Source: Conexivisphaerales archaeon
GTDB lineage: Archaea; Thermoproteota; Nitrososphaeria; Conexivisphaerales; DTJL01
DNA: 28,679 nt
Assembly (NCBI GenBank): GCA_049509455.1
Contig: JBEKZX010000014.1
Coordinates: 1 to 28,679 of the forward strand
Direction: 5' to 3'
In this document: positions 1-9,446 of the stretch, piece by piece
How the letters are laid out: every line of letters begins with the position of its first letter
How positions within the stretch are numbered: the first letter of the stretch is position 1
Program-made: the position numbers and the translations under genes
The notes under the pieces: generated by a model
What the model saw: only the letters and a program-made list of their open reading frames with translations
Told to the model about the DNA's origin: nothing
The model's database searches: none

Positions 1-117
1 GTCGGCAACATAGAAGCGCCCGTCTTCGTCGACTCTGATCCCGCTCTCGATCAGCAGGCGGGCGACCTGGAGGCCCGCCTTCCTCTTGACAAAGTGGCCC
101 TTGACGGCGTTCCACAT
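1..117 (-). CDS. 5' part of an archaeal ACT-domain regulator of amino-acid metabolism (COG2150-like); runs off the left edge
   Basis: Manual translation from ATG at 117: MWNAVKGHFVKRKAGLQVARLLIESGIRVDEDGRFYVAD, open to position 1. Resembles the recalled N-terminus MW..i...F...P....VAR.l.e.Gl.v.edG.iy of this family. Not in the ORF track. Confidence 0.65.
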   Translation of the reverse strand, partial: MWNAVKGHFVKRKAGLQVARLLIESGIRVDEDGRFYVAD

Positions 118-219
118 CAGATACCTGCTCCCGGTAAGATTGTCATGAACATCAACGCCCTTTTTCGGACAGCGAGGTCTAGAACCAATCACCCTAAAAG
201 ACTATCGCGGAAACGCCGT

Positions 220-1020
220 TCATGGCCACATGACGGTGGTCTGGAAGCTGTTCCCGGCCTCGGTGACAAGGACAATGTTGTAGAGCGTCCCAGAAATCGT
301 GCCGGAGGTCGAAACGGTGAGCGTCCCGGAGGCGGCCGACGCCAGCTGGCCCGCCTGGCTGAAGCCCGATCCGAAGGTGACGGAGGCGGGGACGCCGTTG
401 AAGTAGACCTGCAGCACCGTGACGGTCCCTGGGCTCTGGTTGAGCACGGTGACGTTGAGGGTCCCCCCTATCACGGAGGCAGACAGCACTAGCTCTTCGA
501 TACCCCCACCGTCGCCCCCTCCTCCAGGGGACCCTCCAGAAGCAGGGAGCGAGATTTGAGTCGAAACGGTGACGCCGTCGGACGTCTCGACCTCTACCTC
601 CAGGGATTGGCCGGCGGAGTACGTCACCCCGCCTCCGCTGGCGACCGCGACGGATAACGAGAAGAATGAACTGGGCTGCACGACAACAGGGAGGCCCGGC
701 GAACTCACCTCGGCTGAATAGTCCTTCCCGTCAACCCTGACTGCGGATATCGTGAGAGGGGAACCACCTTCATTGGAACCCTGTACGATTACGGTCCATG
801 GCCCGCTCCCGCTTGACGAGCCAGTGCCGAGGACGAGCCCGCGAGCGCTGTTGCTTCCTTGACCAGGCACCACGAGTTCCCGCCAAGCGAGGAAGCCGGC
901 TGCCACCCCCAGGACTATCAGGGCGATCACTATGAGAGCCAGAGGCCTCAATGAAGTCGACCTGCCTGAGAGCCTGGATGCATTGACCCCGCCTCGCCAA
1001 CCATGTAGCAGGGGATGCAC
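220..1020 (-). CDS. membrane-anchored surface protein with two tandem archaeal pilin/archaellin-like beta-sandwich domains
   Basis: N-terminal hydrophobic helix (LALIVIALIVLGVAAGFLAW), then two repeats of the pattern v.v.N.g...v.i..v..dG/nG...y.i.v.T..G....t.i..p joined by a Gly/Ser linker. Start uncertain (GTG 1020 or TTG 951). Confidence 0.7.
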   Translation of the reverse strand: MHPLLHGWRGGVNASRLSGRSTSLRPLALIVIALIVLGVAAGFLAWRELVVPGQGSNSARGLVLGTGSSSGSGPWTVIVQGSNEGGSPLTISAVRVDGKDYSAEVSSPGLPVVVQPSSFFSLSVAVASGGGVTYSAGQSLEVEVETSDGVTVSTQISLPASGGSPGGGGDGGGIEELVLSASVIGGTLNVTVLNQSPGTVTVLQVYFNGVPASVTFGSGFSQAGQLASAASGTLTVSTSGTISGTLYNIVLVTEAGNSFQTTVMWP

Positions 1021-1124
1021 TTAAGCTGTCGACGGGTCATATCCCTCTGCAGTTTGTGGAGCGAATCATCCTCGCCCTGCGCTTAAGGGCGTAGCCCAGA
1101 CTAGGATGCGCAGAACAGGGAGAC

Positions 1125-1130
1125 AAAAAG
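1125..1130 (-). terminator. oligo-T tract downstream of the thermosome stop (candidate archaeal terminator)
   Basis: Minus strand reads CCTTTTTGTCTCCC about 22 nt after the TAG at 1152. Confidence 0.4.
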
Positions 1131-1151
1131 GATCGAAGAAAGGGTGCGCGG

Positions 1152-2864
1152 CTAGTCTTCCATGCCGCCCATGCCGCCCATGCCACCGCCCATTCCTTCC
1201 ATGCCGCCCATGCCACCGCCCATGCCACCTGCGCCTGCCGGCCCCTTCGGGCCGCCCCTAGGCTTGGAAGATGCTATCACGTCGTCTATCCTGAGCAGCA
1301 TGCTCGCGGCTTCGACGGCCGACTTTATGACCTGGACCTTGACGGCCAGCGGCTCGAACACCTCTCTTTCGTACATGTCGCCCACCTTGCTCTTGGCGGC
1401 GTCGACTCCGCTGTAGATCTTCCCCTCGCCGTGGGCCGCGGCCAGCTTCACCTGCGTGTCGAGGATGTCCATCCCGGCGTTCTCCGCCAGGGTCAGGGGT
1501 ATGACCTCCAGGGCGTCGGCGAACTTCTGAACGGCCAGCTGTTCTCTTCCTGGGAGCGTGCTCGCCCATTCGCGGAGCCTGAACGATATCTCAGCCTCAG
1601 GAGCGCCTCCGCCCACCACGACAAAGGGCTTCTCGAGGACGTCCTTAGTGGTCATGATGGCATCGTGGAGGGACCTCTCGGCCTCGTCGACGATGCGCTG
1701 ACCTCCGCCTCTAACGAGAATGGTAACCGCCTTGGGGTTCTTGCAGCCTTCGATGAAGACCCACTTGTCCTCTTCGACCTTCCTTTCCTCCACCAGATCG
1801 GCCTTCCCCAGATCCGAGGCCGTCAGATCTTCTATAGTGGTGACGACCCTGCCGCCGGTCGCCCTCGCCAGCTTCTCCATGTCACTCATCTTGACCCGCC
1901 TCACGGCGAGTATCCCCGCCTTGGCAAGGTAGCTCTGAGAGATGTCGTCGATGCCCTTCTGGCACACCACCACGGTGGCGCCCGCCTCCCTAATCTTGTC
2001 GACCATGGCCTTGAGCATCCCCGACTCCTCGTCGAGGAAGGACTTCATCTGTGTGGGGGCGGTGATGTTGATCTTGGCGTCGAATTCAGTCTTCTCTATC
2101 TCGAGTGGAGAGTTTATGAGAGCAATCTTGGCCTTCTCAATCCGCTTGGGCATGCCCGCGTGGACGACCTCCTTGTCCACGACGATGCCTCGGATGAGGG
2201 TGGTATCGAGGATGGAGCCCCCTGGCTTCTTCTCGACCTTGATGTTGTCTATGTCGACAGAGTATGATCCGTCCTCATGCTTGTCGGCGACGAGGAGGAG
2301 CGCTTCCACCACCAACTTCCCCAGGAACTCGGAGTCCTTGGAAACCATCTTCGTGGCCATCGTCGTCTTAGCTATCTTCAGGAGCCACTCGGGGTCGCCA
2401 ACCTTCACCTTGATGGCTATCTCGTCGAGTATCTTCATGGCCTGAGACGCGGCCTTCCTGTATCCGTCCACTACGATGGTGGGATGGACCTCCTTGTCCA
2501 AGAGGAGTTGTGCCTTATCAAGCAGGGCACCAGCGAAGACCACGGTGGAGGTGGTGCCGTCGCCGACCTCGCCGTCGGTGGCCTTGCTGATTTCAACCAT
2601 CATCTTGGCTGCCGGATGCTGGACGTCGATCTCCTTCAATATGGTGGCGCCGTCGTTGGTGATGGTGACATCGCCCAGGGTGTCCACTAGCATCTTGTCC
2701 ATACCACGTGGCCCAAGACTGGACTTCACAATTTCGGCGATGAGCATCGCAGCGGCTAAGTTATTGCGCTGTGCGTCTCTCCCCTTGGCCTCGGAAGAGC
2801 CTTCCTTGAGGATGAGAACGGGCTGCCCAGTGGAAGTAACGGCCGGGTATGCGGTTGTAGACAT
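1152..2864 (-). CDS. ths: thermosome (group II chaperonin) subunit
   Basis: Motifs SLGPRGMDKM, TITNDGATIL, GDGTTS and GGGAPE, plus a GGM-rich C-terminus. True start taken as ATG 2864 (MSTTAYPAVTSTGQPVLILKEG), preceded by SD-like AGGAGTG at 2883-2877. Alpha versus beta subunit not resolved. Confidence 0.97.
   Translation of the reverse strand: MSTTAYPAVTSTGQPVLILKEGSSEAKGRDAQRNNLAAAMLIAEIVKSSLGPRGMDKMLVDTLGDVTITNDGATILKEIDVQHPAAKMMVEISKATDGEVGDGTTSTVVFAGALLDKAQLLLDKEVHPTIVVDGYRKAASQAMKILDEIAIKVKVGDPEWLLKIAKTTMATKMVSKDSEFLGKLVVEALLLVADKHEDGSYSVDIDNIKVEKKPGGSILDTTLIRGIVVDKEVVHAGMPKRIEKAKIALINSPLEIEKTEFDAKINITAPTQMKSFLDEESGMLKAMVDKIREAGATVVVCQKGIDDISQSYLAKAGILAVRRVKMSDMEKLARATGGRVVTTIEDLTASDLGKADLVEERKVEEDKWVFIEGCKNPKAVTILVRGGGQRIVDEAERSLHDAIMTTKDVLEKPFVVVGGGAPEAEISFRLREWASTLPGREQLAVQKFADALEVIPLTLAENAGMDILDTQVKLAAAHGEGKIYSGVDAAKSKVGDMYEREVFEPLAVKVQVIKSAVEAASMLLRIDDVIASSKPRGGPKGPAGAGGMGGGMGGMEGMGGGMGGMGGMED
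1161..1229 (-). repeat. imperfect 9/12-bp coding tandem repeat encoding the GGM tail of the thermosome
   Basis: Plus-strand units catgccgcc / catgccaccgcc repeated about 7 times; encodes GGMGGGMGGMEGMGGGMGGMGGM. Confidence 0.9.
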
Positions 2865-2928
2865 TGTCTCAATCAACACTCCTTTTTTCCAATCGGAATA
2901 ATCTGCGAAACAACACGTCACCAGAGCA

Positions 2929-2943
2929 CTTTATATGTTTTTC
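2929..2943 (-). promoter_or_regulatory. BRE + TATA box of the thermosome gene
   Basis: Minus strand GAAAAA-CATATAAAG about 65 nt upstream of ATG 2864, implying a leadered mRNA that contains the SD. Confidence 0.7.
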
Positions 2944-2976
2944 TGATTACTCGCTACGCCATCCAAGGATTCAAAC

Positions 2977-4302
2977 CTAGCCAGACGCCTTAGTGACCTT
3001 GACGTTGGGGACGCGAAGAGCCGGGATGAGCGTCGGAGCATCCACCTCCCACCACTGGACCCATCTCCTCTCCTTGCCGATTGCGTCCATCTCCTTCATC
3101 TGGCGCGGAATCTCCCCGCTCAGGCGCATCCCTGCCACCGGATGGAGGAGCTCGCCGTTCTCGATGAGCCACGCGGCGTCCCTCGGGAGGGTCGAGTACT
3201 CGCCCTTGGTGTAGCTCTGGAAGCGTGTATACCAGTTGCTCGTGACGTAGATCCCCTTCTTGGTCCCCCGAATCATTTCGTCCAGGGTCTGGTCCCCAGG
3301 CTTGATCTCTATGTTCCAGACGTGAGGTTCGATCAGGCCCGCGTTCCCCGTCAGCTCCGCTTTGAGCTTGGCGGCGGTGGTGCGGTTGTGGACGTAGGTC
3401 TTCAGGATTCCCCTGTCGATCAGCGAATTGCTGCGAGTGGAAACACCCTCGTCGTCGAAGGACCTGCTATGGAGGCCGTTCTCGATCTGGCCATGGTCGA
3501 CGAAGGTCAGTGCCTCGGTGGCCACCTGCTTTCCCAGAGCGTCTGCCAGGAAGGAGAGGCCCGCTTCGACGCTGAAGGCCGAAACGGAGCTGGCCACATG
3601 CTGCATCAGCTCGGCCGCCACGGTGGGGCCCATGATCACGGAGTATTCACCGGCCTCCACCTCCTTGGGGTGCTGGCTGAGCTTGGCGTTCTCGCCAGAC
3701 AGCCTTCCGGCAGCCTCAACGTCAAAGGCATTTAGGTTGGTCGCCACGGCCAGGCCCTGGCCGCTGGCATCCCTGTCGGTGAAGGACCTCACATTGAGCA
3801 GGAAGCGACTGCGCTCCTCGCTAGCCATGACCCCAGTGGAGGTCGAGATGGAGGTTGTGCAGCGTTCCGTCGACAGCGAACCGGCGACCCTGCGGGCACC
3901 AGCCGCCCGGGCAGCCTCAATCGCGATGGAGGCGTTACCGGCAAGGTCGAAGTCGGCGATGCGGGGATCGAAGTCGCCGTTGAAAGCGTACTTGAACGGC
4001 CCCTGAGGAAGCCGCGGGAAGTCCGACTCCCCGCCCGCGGTCATCATCGACTTGTAGAGCCGCTCGACGAACCTGTCGACGCTGGCCCTGTCGATCGTCG
4101 AAAGGTCGCCGAAGACCTTCCTCTTGCCCTTGGTGAGGTAGACGAAGAGCTCTTTCGTGAGAAGGCGGTTGGTGATGGTTAGGCTGTTGTTCCCGAAGCG
4201 TGCCTGGCCTTCGTCAGTGTGATAGAGCAGGACGCTGTAGTCGTCGACCCCCAGCTCCCTGCACTTGGCGGCGGCCCAATCCCTCGAATCATCTTTGCTC
4301 AA
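2977..4302 (-). CDS. tldE: TldE/PmbA family protein (non-catalytic partner of TldD)
   Basis: Signature RFGNNS (RFaNn.i), FDDEG, and GEYSTLPRDAAWLIENGE; no HExxH. TTG start with GAGGTGA SD overlapping the tldD stop. Confidence 0.9.
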   Translation of the reverse strand: MSKDDSRDWAAAKCRELGVDDYSVLLYHTDEGQARFGNNSLTITNRLLTKELFVYLTKGKRKVFGDLSTIDRASVDRFVERLYKSMMTAGGESDFPRLPQGPFKYAFNGDFDPRIADFDLAGNASIAIEAARAAGARRVAGSLSTERCTTSISTSTGVMASEERSRFLLNVRSFTDRDASGQGLAVATNLNAFDVEAAGRLSGENAKLSQHPKEVEAGEYSVIMGPTVAAELMQHVASSVSAFSVEAGLSFLADALGKQVATEALTFVDHGQIENGLHSRSFDDEGVSTRSNSLIDRGILKTYVHNRTTAAKLKAELTGNAGLIEPHVWNIEIKPGDQTLDEMIRGTKKGIYVTSNWYTRFQSYTKGEYSTLPRDAAWLIENGELLHPVAGMRLSGEIPRQMKEMDAIGKERRWVQWWEVDAPTLIPALRVPNVKVTKASG

Positions 4303-4308
4303 GGGGGG

Positions 4309-5745
4309 TCACCTCGCTCCGACCTTTACGTCCTTCACGACGAACTTGGGGCCGCCATGCCACACCGGCGCCCCCTGCTGGGGATCTCCCTTCCCGCAAG
4401 TGGCTGCCCCGAATTCCATCTCCTTGCCGCGGGCGTAGACCCCTCCCCAAAGCCTGGGCGTGCTTATCTCTATGACGGGGTTGCGGACGAGGCCCTTGAC
4501 CTCGCCATGCTCGATGAGGTAGGCTTCGTGGCCGACGTACCGGCCGTTCAGCCTCTTGTCATCGATGTTCCACTCCATGAAGTTCTTGACGTAAACGCCG
4601 TGGCTGATCTCCTTGAGCAGCTCCTCGAAGGTGTAGTCGCCCGGCTCGACGTACGTGTTGGCCATCCTGATGATGGGCTCCCTGTCATAGCGGACGGCCC
4701 TTGCCGAGGCGTTGCTGTCCACCCCGAAGGTTTGGGCGGTCTCTCTGTTCTGGAGCAGCTCGGTTATGGAGCCGCCTGCGATGAGTCTTCTCTTCCTCGA
4801 CTTAACGCCTTCGTCATCGTAGAGGTAGTAGCCAAAAGCATGAGGTAGGGTGGGATCATCACTTATGTTGGCCTCGTTGCTTCCCACCCTCAGCCCCACG
4901 TCGTCCGACGACAGGTAGGACTCCCCTGCCTGGGCGCCCTCCCTGCCGAGGATCCTGTCGGCCTCCCCCGGGTGGCCCACCGATTCGTGCGCCATTATCC
5001 CGGCCACCTCGTGACCGACGAGGACGTCCATCTCCCCGGGGACGAACTTGGCGGCCTCCTTCAGAATCTTGAGCACCATCGAGGACTCCTCGCTGAGCTT
5101 CTCCAGGACCTTCATTCGTCCGAGCGCCTCCCAGCCGCCCGACTCCCCATACTGGACGGTCCTCTGGACTACGTTCCCTCCGGCTACGCCCGAAAGGATG
5201 CCTAAGAGCATCAAACGGGGGACCCTACTGTCCAGCTTGGAGCCGTCCGAATTGACGTAATACTTCTCGTCCACCTCCGACATCAGATAGAGCACCCTGT
5301 TGGCGATCTTCAAGTCGGTGCCCACAGCGGTGACGGCGGCGTCCAGCTCCCTGAGATAGGAGAGGATACTCTCCAAGGTGACGTCCTCGAGCGGCTCGCT
5401 CTCCTCCGCCCTCCACTTGGCGAGGTGCACGTCCTCCCGGCTCATCTTGACCTTCTCTTTGAAGTGAGGCGCGGAAGCCTTCGCCTGCTTGGCGAGGCGA
5501 GTAGCCAGCTCCGCAACATTGCTTTTGTCGAGCAGGTTGGTGGAGCCGAAGGCGAGGGCCCCCTTGTATATGACTCGCACACCTACGCCCAGCGTGTCGC
5601 CATATCCTGGCGTCTCGACCTCCCCGTTCTTGAGCGCCGCCATCTGCTCGATGTTCCTCTGAAGGCGCGCCTCGGCGTATTCGGCGTCGGCCTTCATGGC
5701 AGCTTCAACGGCCTTTTCCGCAAGATCCCTGTCCAATGCCGTCAT
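4309..5745 (-). CDS. tldD: TldD family metalloprotease
   Basis: Zinc motif AHESVGHPGEADR (HExxGH), YDDEG, RMANTY and the C-terminal CGKGDP Cys ligand. Confidence 0.95.
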   Translation of the reverse strand: MTALDRDLAEKAVEAAMKADAEYAEARLQRNIEQMAALKNGEVETPGYGDTLGVGVRVIYKGALAFGSTNLLDKSNVAELATRLAKQAKASAPHFKEKVKMSREDVHLAKWRAEESEPLEDVTLESILSYLRELDAAVTAVGTDLKIANRVLYLMSEVDEKYYVNSDGSKLDSRVPRLMLLGILSGVAGGNVVQRTVQYGESGGWEALGRMKVLEKLSEESSMVLKILKEAAKFVPGEMDVLVGHEVAGIMAHESVGHPGEADRILGREGAQAGESYLSSDDVGLRVGSNEANISDDPTLPHAFGYYLYDDEGVKSRKRRLIAGGSITELLQNRETAQTFGVDSNASARAVRYDREPIIRMANTYVEPGDYTFEELLKEISHGVYVKNFMEWNIDDKRLNGRYVGHEAYLIEHGEVKGLVRNPVIEISTPRLWGGVYARGKEMEFGAATCGKGDPQQGAPVWHGGPKFVVKDVKVGAR

Positions 5746-5770
5746 CGCGGGAGGTGCGACCTCGCCTGCT

Positions 5771-5785
5771 CTTTTATGTATTCTC
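5771..5785 (-). promoter_or_regulatory. BRE/TATA of the tldD-tldE operon
   Basis: Minus strand GAGAA-TACATAAAAG, ending 26 nt before ATG 5745 (leaderless spacing). Confidence 0.6.
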
Positions 5786-5811
5786 GGACATTCGTCATCA
5801 CTTGGCGAGCT

Positions 5812-7974
5812 TCAGCCCAGGAGGACGCGAGCGTCGACGACCGCCCCTCCCGATGAGTACAGGAAGAAGGGGTTGATCTCCATCTGATTGATGGAGGGGT
5901 TCTCCAGCATTATCCCAGACATTTTCACTATAAGGTCTCTGAGGCAGCCCGTGTCGTAGGGGTCTGTCCCACGGTAGCCCTTGAGGATGCGCGAGATGCG
6001 AAGTTCGCCCATCATCTCTTCCGCTTTGATGGGCGCTATGGGCGCCACCCTGAGCGTGTAATCCCTCACCAGCTCCGTGTAGGTCCCTCCTGCGCCTAGC
6101 GTGATCACTGGGCCGAAGAACCGGTCCCTATAGGCCCCTATTAGGAGCTCGAAGCCCTGCCTCGCCATCTTCTGCACGAACACCCCCCTGAAGGGGTCCG
6201 TAAGGCCTAGGTCGGAGGTCCTGTTCCACAGCTTCGCAAACTGGCTCCTGACCCCGATGCTGTCCCCCACGTTAAGGACCACGCCGCCCACATCCGTCTT
6301 GTGGCTGACCCTAGCCGTCACCATCTTCAAGGCCACGGGATAGCCCATCAACTCGGCGGCATTCACCGCCGCGTCTTCGTCCTGCACCACGGCTGAGGGC
6401 AGCAGCGGTATGGAGTACTCGGCCAGGAGGCGGCTGGCGTTGGGCTCAAGAAGGATGGCTGCACCGCCGCCTTCCATGTATGACTTCAACCAGTCCACCC
6501 TATCGCTAGAGGACTGCGTGTCGCGCCAGAGTTCGGGGTCGTTCTTGAAGAAGCCGTAGCGTGAAAGGAAATGGATCGCCTTTGCTGCCCTGTCGGGCGT
6601 TGGATAGGAGGGTATCCCGTAGGTCTCGTACTTCGACCTCATAATCCTCGCCCACTCCGCCTCGCCGACGTCACAGGTCACTACCGGCCGGCCGGAGGAC
6701 TTCCGGACGGAGGCTATCACGTCGACCACGTCGTCGAACACGGCCGGCGCGTGATGGAGCGTGATGTAGAGCCAGGCGTCGAAGGCGCTACCCACCATCA
6801 GGGCTTCGCTGGCGAACCTAAAGGTCTGGCTGCTCGCCGAGCCCGTAAGGTCCAACGGGTTGTTGGGAGATACCATGGAGGGAAGGTTCCCTGCGTTCTC
6901 CATGGCGACAAGGCTCCTCACCGTCTCCTTCCCCAGTGCCGGGACCTTCAGCCCCAGCTCTTCGCAAGAGTCGGCGGCTATGACACCGGCGCCGCCGCCG
7001 TTAGTCACGATGACGACCCTGTCACCGTCAGGCGGTGAAAGCATCGACAGCGCCTTCCCCGCGTCGAAGAGGTCCTCGATAGTGGAAACCTCCACCAAGC
7101 CTCCCTGATGGAAGGCAGTGCTATAGACCTCGACCTGGCCCACCATAGAGGCCGTGTGAGTGAAGGCCGCCCTGATGCCCGACTCCGACTTGCCCGCCTT
7201 GAGCACCACAATCGGCTTCTTCTTGGAGGCCGTGCAGCAGGTCTCGATCAGCTTCCTCCCCTTTTTGACGCCCTCGACGTAGAGAAGCATCACCCTCGTC
7301 TTCTCGTCGTCGGCATAGTAGGATATGACCTCGTCCAGGGTGACGTCGGCCTGGTTCCCCAGCCCCACGAAGGCGCGAAGGCCCCCTCCGCTGCCCACGA
7401 TGTAGTCGATGAGGGCCGCGCCAATGCCGCCACTCTGGCTGACCAGCACTATGGAACCCGGCCTGGCCTTTGGCATGGAGACGGCTTCATGCCTGTTGGA
7501 AGTCATCTTCCATTCCGGAAGGAAGAAGGTGTCCACCCCGATGTAGGGGTCCTGTATCCCCAGCGTGTTGGGGCCGAGCACTCTGATGCCATTCTCTGAG
7601 CCAATCCTGACCACCTCCTCCTCAAGCGCGACGTTGCCCACTTCGCCGAACCCGCCCGAGATGACGATGGCAGCGGGCACGGCCTTCTTCGCCAAGTCCA
7701 GCATGACCGCCGGGGTGTTCGGCGCGGGGACGACCACCACGGCGAGGTCGACCTCACCCTCGATGGAGCTAACATCGGGGAAGCACGGCCCTCCGGCTAC
7801 TTCGGCATAATGAGGGTTGACGGCGTAGAGGGCGCCCTTGTAGGAACCCATCTTCTTCGATACCGACAAGTTGTTGAAGACCTCATAGCCTAATTTGGTA
7901 GGTTCAGACGAGGCGCCGACGACGGCTATGCTCCGTGGGTTGAACAGACAAGTCAGCGACGGTGAGCCTGGCAA
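5812..7974 (-). CDS. ADP-forming acyl-CoA synthetase (acetate--CoA ligase family, fused alpha+beta)
   Basis: LFNPRSIAVVGAS CoA-binding start, GPNTLG, SQSGG, phospho-His AAFTHTASMVG, NGGGAG, NPLDL, and an ATP-grasp domain with GYPVALK and SHKTDVGGV. Confidence 0.93.
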   Translation of the reverse strand: MPGSPSLTCLFNPRSIAVVGASSEPTKLGYEVFNNLSVSKKMGSYKGALYAVNPHYAEVAGGPCFPDVSSIEGEVDLAVVVVPAPNTPAVMLDLAKKAVPAAIVISGGFGEVGNVALEEEVVRIGSENGIRVLGPNTLGIQDPYIGVDTFFLPEWKMTSNRHEAVSMPKARPGSIVLVSQSGGIGAALIDYIVGSGGGLRAFVGLGNQADVTLDEVISYYADDEKTRVMLLYVEGVKKGRKLIETCCTASKKKPIVVLKAGKSESGIRAAFTHTASMVGQVEVYSTAFHQGGLVEVSTIEDLFDAGKALSMLSPPDGDRVVIVTNGGGAGVIAADSCEELGLKVPALGKETVRSLVAMENAGNLPSMVSPNNPLDLTGSASSQTFRFASEALMVGSAFDAWLYITLHHAPAVFDDVVDVIASVRKSSGRPVVTCDVGEAEWARIMRSKYETYGIPSYPTPDRAAKAIHFLSRYGFFKNDPELWRDTQSSSDRVDWLKSYMEGGGAAILLEPNASRLLAEYSIPLLPSAVVQDEDAAVNAAELMGYPVALKMVTARVSHKTDVGGVVLNVGDSIGVRSQFAKLWNRTSDLGLTDPFRGVFVQKMARQGFELLIGAYRDRFFGPVITLGAGGTYTELVRDYTLRVAPIAPIKAEEMMGELRISRILKGYRGTDPYDTGCLRDLIVKMSGIMLENPSINQMEINPFFLYSSGGAVVDARVLLG

Positions 7975-8025
7975 GGGACTGGGCTTCGCCTTCGGGAGAC
8001 ATGGAAGGGCAAGCGATTTAAACCT

Positions 8026-8034
8026 GAGCCATGA
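8026..8034 (-). promoter_or_regulatory. TATA box of the acyl-CoA synthetase gene
   Basis: Minus strand GGTTTAAAT. Confidence 0.55.
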
Positions 8035-8054
8035 GACTGCCCGCGTGAGTTGGC

Positions 8055-8390
8055 CTAGGCTTTCGCAGCCTTCAGAGTGGATGCCAGGTCGACGCAGAGG
8101 GCGGCGGGAAGCTCAAATTCGCGCAAGAGGCTCTTCATGATGAAATCCTCGATGATCGTCGCCGAGTCTCCGAAGACGTCCCCGAGGCACTTCTGAAGCT
8201 TCTCGGGATCGTCCACCAAGTCGGCGACGTTGGCCGAGTACTGCTTCTTGACATAGGTCCTGAAGGCGTTCGAGGCAGGCCCTCCCAGCAACGCGTAGAG
8301 ACAGCCATCGATGACAAGCGCCAACATTTCGGTGGATGGCTTGGAGGCTTCGGTGTCCGTCGCGCTCCGAAGGCCCCCTCCGGTCTTCAA
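8055..8390 (-). CDS. small alpha-helical protein, DUF3227/NitrOD5-like; paralog of 9603-9929
   Basis: Pattern ID..L..LLG..AS.A...Y.KK.......VDDPE.L...L..VFG..A.IIE..I.K.L..EF.LP. Start revised to TTG 8390, 25 nt after TATA TTAAAATA (8422-8415); the ORF track start is GTG 8450. Confidence 0.7.
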   Translation of the reverse strand: MKTGGGLRSATDTEASKPSTEMLALVIDGCLYALLGGPASNAFRTYVKKQYSANVADLVDDPEKLQKCLGDVFGDSATIIEDFIMKSLLREFELPAALCVDLASTLKAAKA

Positions 8391-8462
8391 TTTGAATATC
8401 TGACGGTGGTTGAGTATTTTAACTTGACCTTCGACGGTGATCGACCTCACGTCCGGACCCTA

Positions 8463-9353
8463 TCAGCGGCGGCCGGGGAAGGCTGCGCGGGCGAACCTCT
8501 GCATGCTGGATATGTAGCTCTCGGCGTCCCTGTCCCCGAAATAGGCCACTAGGTACTCGAGACCGGCTGCGCCGTACTCCCGGAGCATTCTGGTCACTCC
8601 GTCCACACCTCCGCCCCAGACCACACGCCTTTCCCCCGCCGGGTTCTCGGTCAGTTTCGACTCCCTGGCCTCCAGGTCGATGGTCATCCGCGAGGAAACG
8701 ATGACTTGGCGCTTCCCTGCCAGCTTCCGAAGCTCCTTCACCCGGACCTGGAACTCGTCAAAGGGTATGCTCGTAGCGTGCCAGGCGTTTCCCAGCGCTG
8801 CGGCTCGCCTCACGGCAAAGCTGCTGTTGCCGCCGATCCAGATGGGCGGCCCGCCCGATTGCTCGGGCTTGGGGTCGCAGGTAACGTCGCGCACAGAGTA
8901 GTACCTCCCCACGTAGTCCACGACCGGCTGGGTCCAGAGGGAGCGCAAGAGCTCGATTTCCTCTTCGGCACGGACTCCCCGGTCGTGGAAGCTGGCCCCC
9001 AGTGCCTTAAACTCCTCCTCCCACCAACCCACGGCCAGCCCGGCGATCAGGCGTCCTCCGGAGAGCTGGTCCACCGTCGCCAGCTGCTTTGCCAGGAGGA
9101 CCGGGTCTCTCATAGGTAGCACTATGATGGAAGTCCCCAGCGCCACGCGCCGCGTGACCGCGGCGGCGTAGGCCAGGACGGTGACGCTCTCGTAGCTGTT
9201 CTTGTAAGGCGACGACGTGCCCGACGGCGTGACGAGGTGGTCGGTGGTCCAGACGCTGTCGTATCCCACCTCCTCCGCGGCCAGACAGACCTCGCGAATC
9301 GATTCAGGCGAGAGGTGGTCACCGAAGTTGGGAATGCAGACTCCGAACCTCAC
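8463..9353 (-). CDS. LLM-class (luciferase-like) probable F420-dependent oxidoreductase
   Basis: GTG 9353 gives MRFGVCIPNFG; motifs AEEVGYDSVWTTDH, LAKQLATVDQLSGGRLIAGLAVGW..EEF, PPIWIGG and RRAAALG. TATA CTTAAATAT at 9383-9375. Confidence 0.9.
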   Translation of the reverse strand: MRFGVCIPNFGDHLSPESIREVCLAAEEVGYDSVWTTDHLVTPSGTSSPYKNSYESVTVLAYAAAVTRRVALGTSIIVLPMRDPVLLAKQLATVDQLSGGRLIAGLAVGWWEEEFKALGASFHDRGVRAEEEIELLRSLWTQPVVDYVGRYYSVRDVTCDPKPEQSGGPPIWIGGNSSFAVRRAAALGNAWHATSIPFDEFQVRVKELRKLAGKRQVIVSSRMTIDLEARESKLTENPAGERRVVWGGGVDGVTRMLREYGAAGLEYLVAYFGDRDAESYISSMQRFARAAFPGRR

Positions 9354-9446
9354 GAGAAAGAGCTCCTTCCGGCCATATTTAAGAGCGGAGCAGGAACATC
9401 TGGACATCCTCTATCTATCCGGCCGTCGATGGTCCCCAAGGTTGAC

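Noticed and set aside
1161-1229. Short tandem repeats as a CRISPR or VNTR locus
   Set aside because: No unique spacers; this is the coding GGM tail typical of chaperonins.
2977-5745. TldD/TldE as a RiPP (microcin-like) maturation system
   Set aside because: No YcaO, radical SAM or precursor-peptide gene in the window; TldDE is widespread housekeeping in archaea.
5788-5806. C/D-box-like GTGATGA...CCGA on the minus strand between acd and tldD (also ATGATG at 21314)
   Set aside because: Guide spacing too short, no terminal box D in the right place, and it overlaps the tldD promoter.
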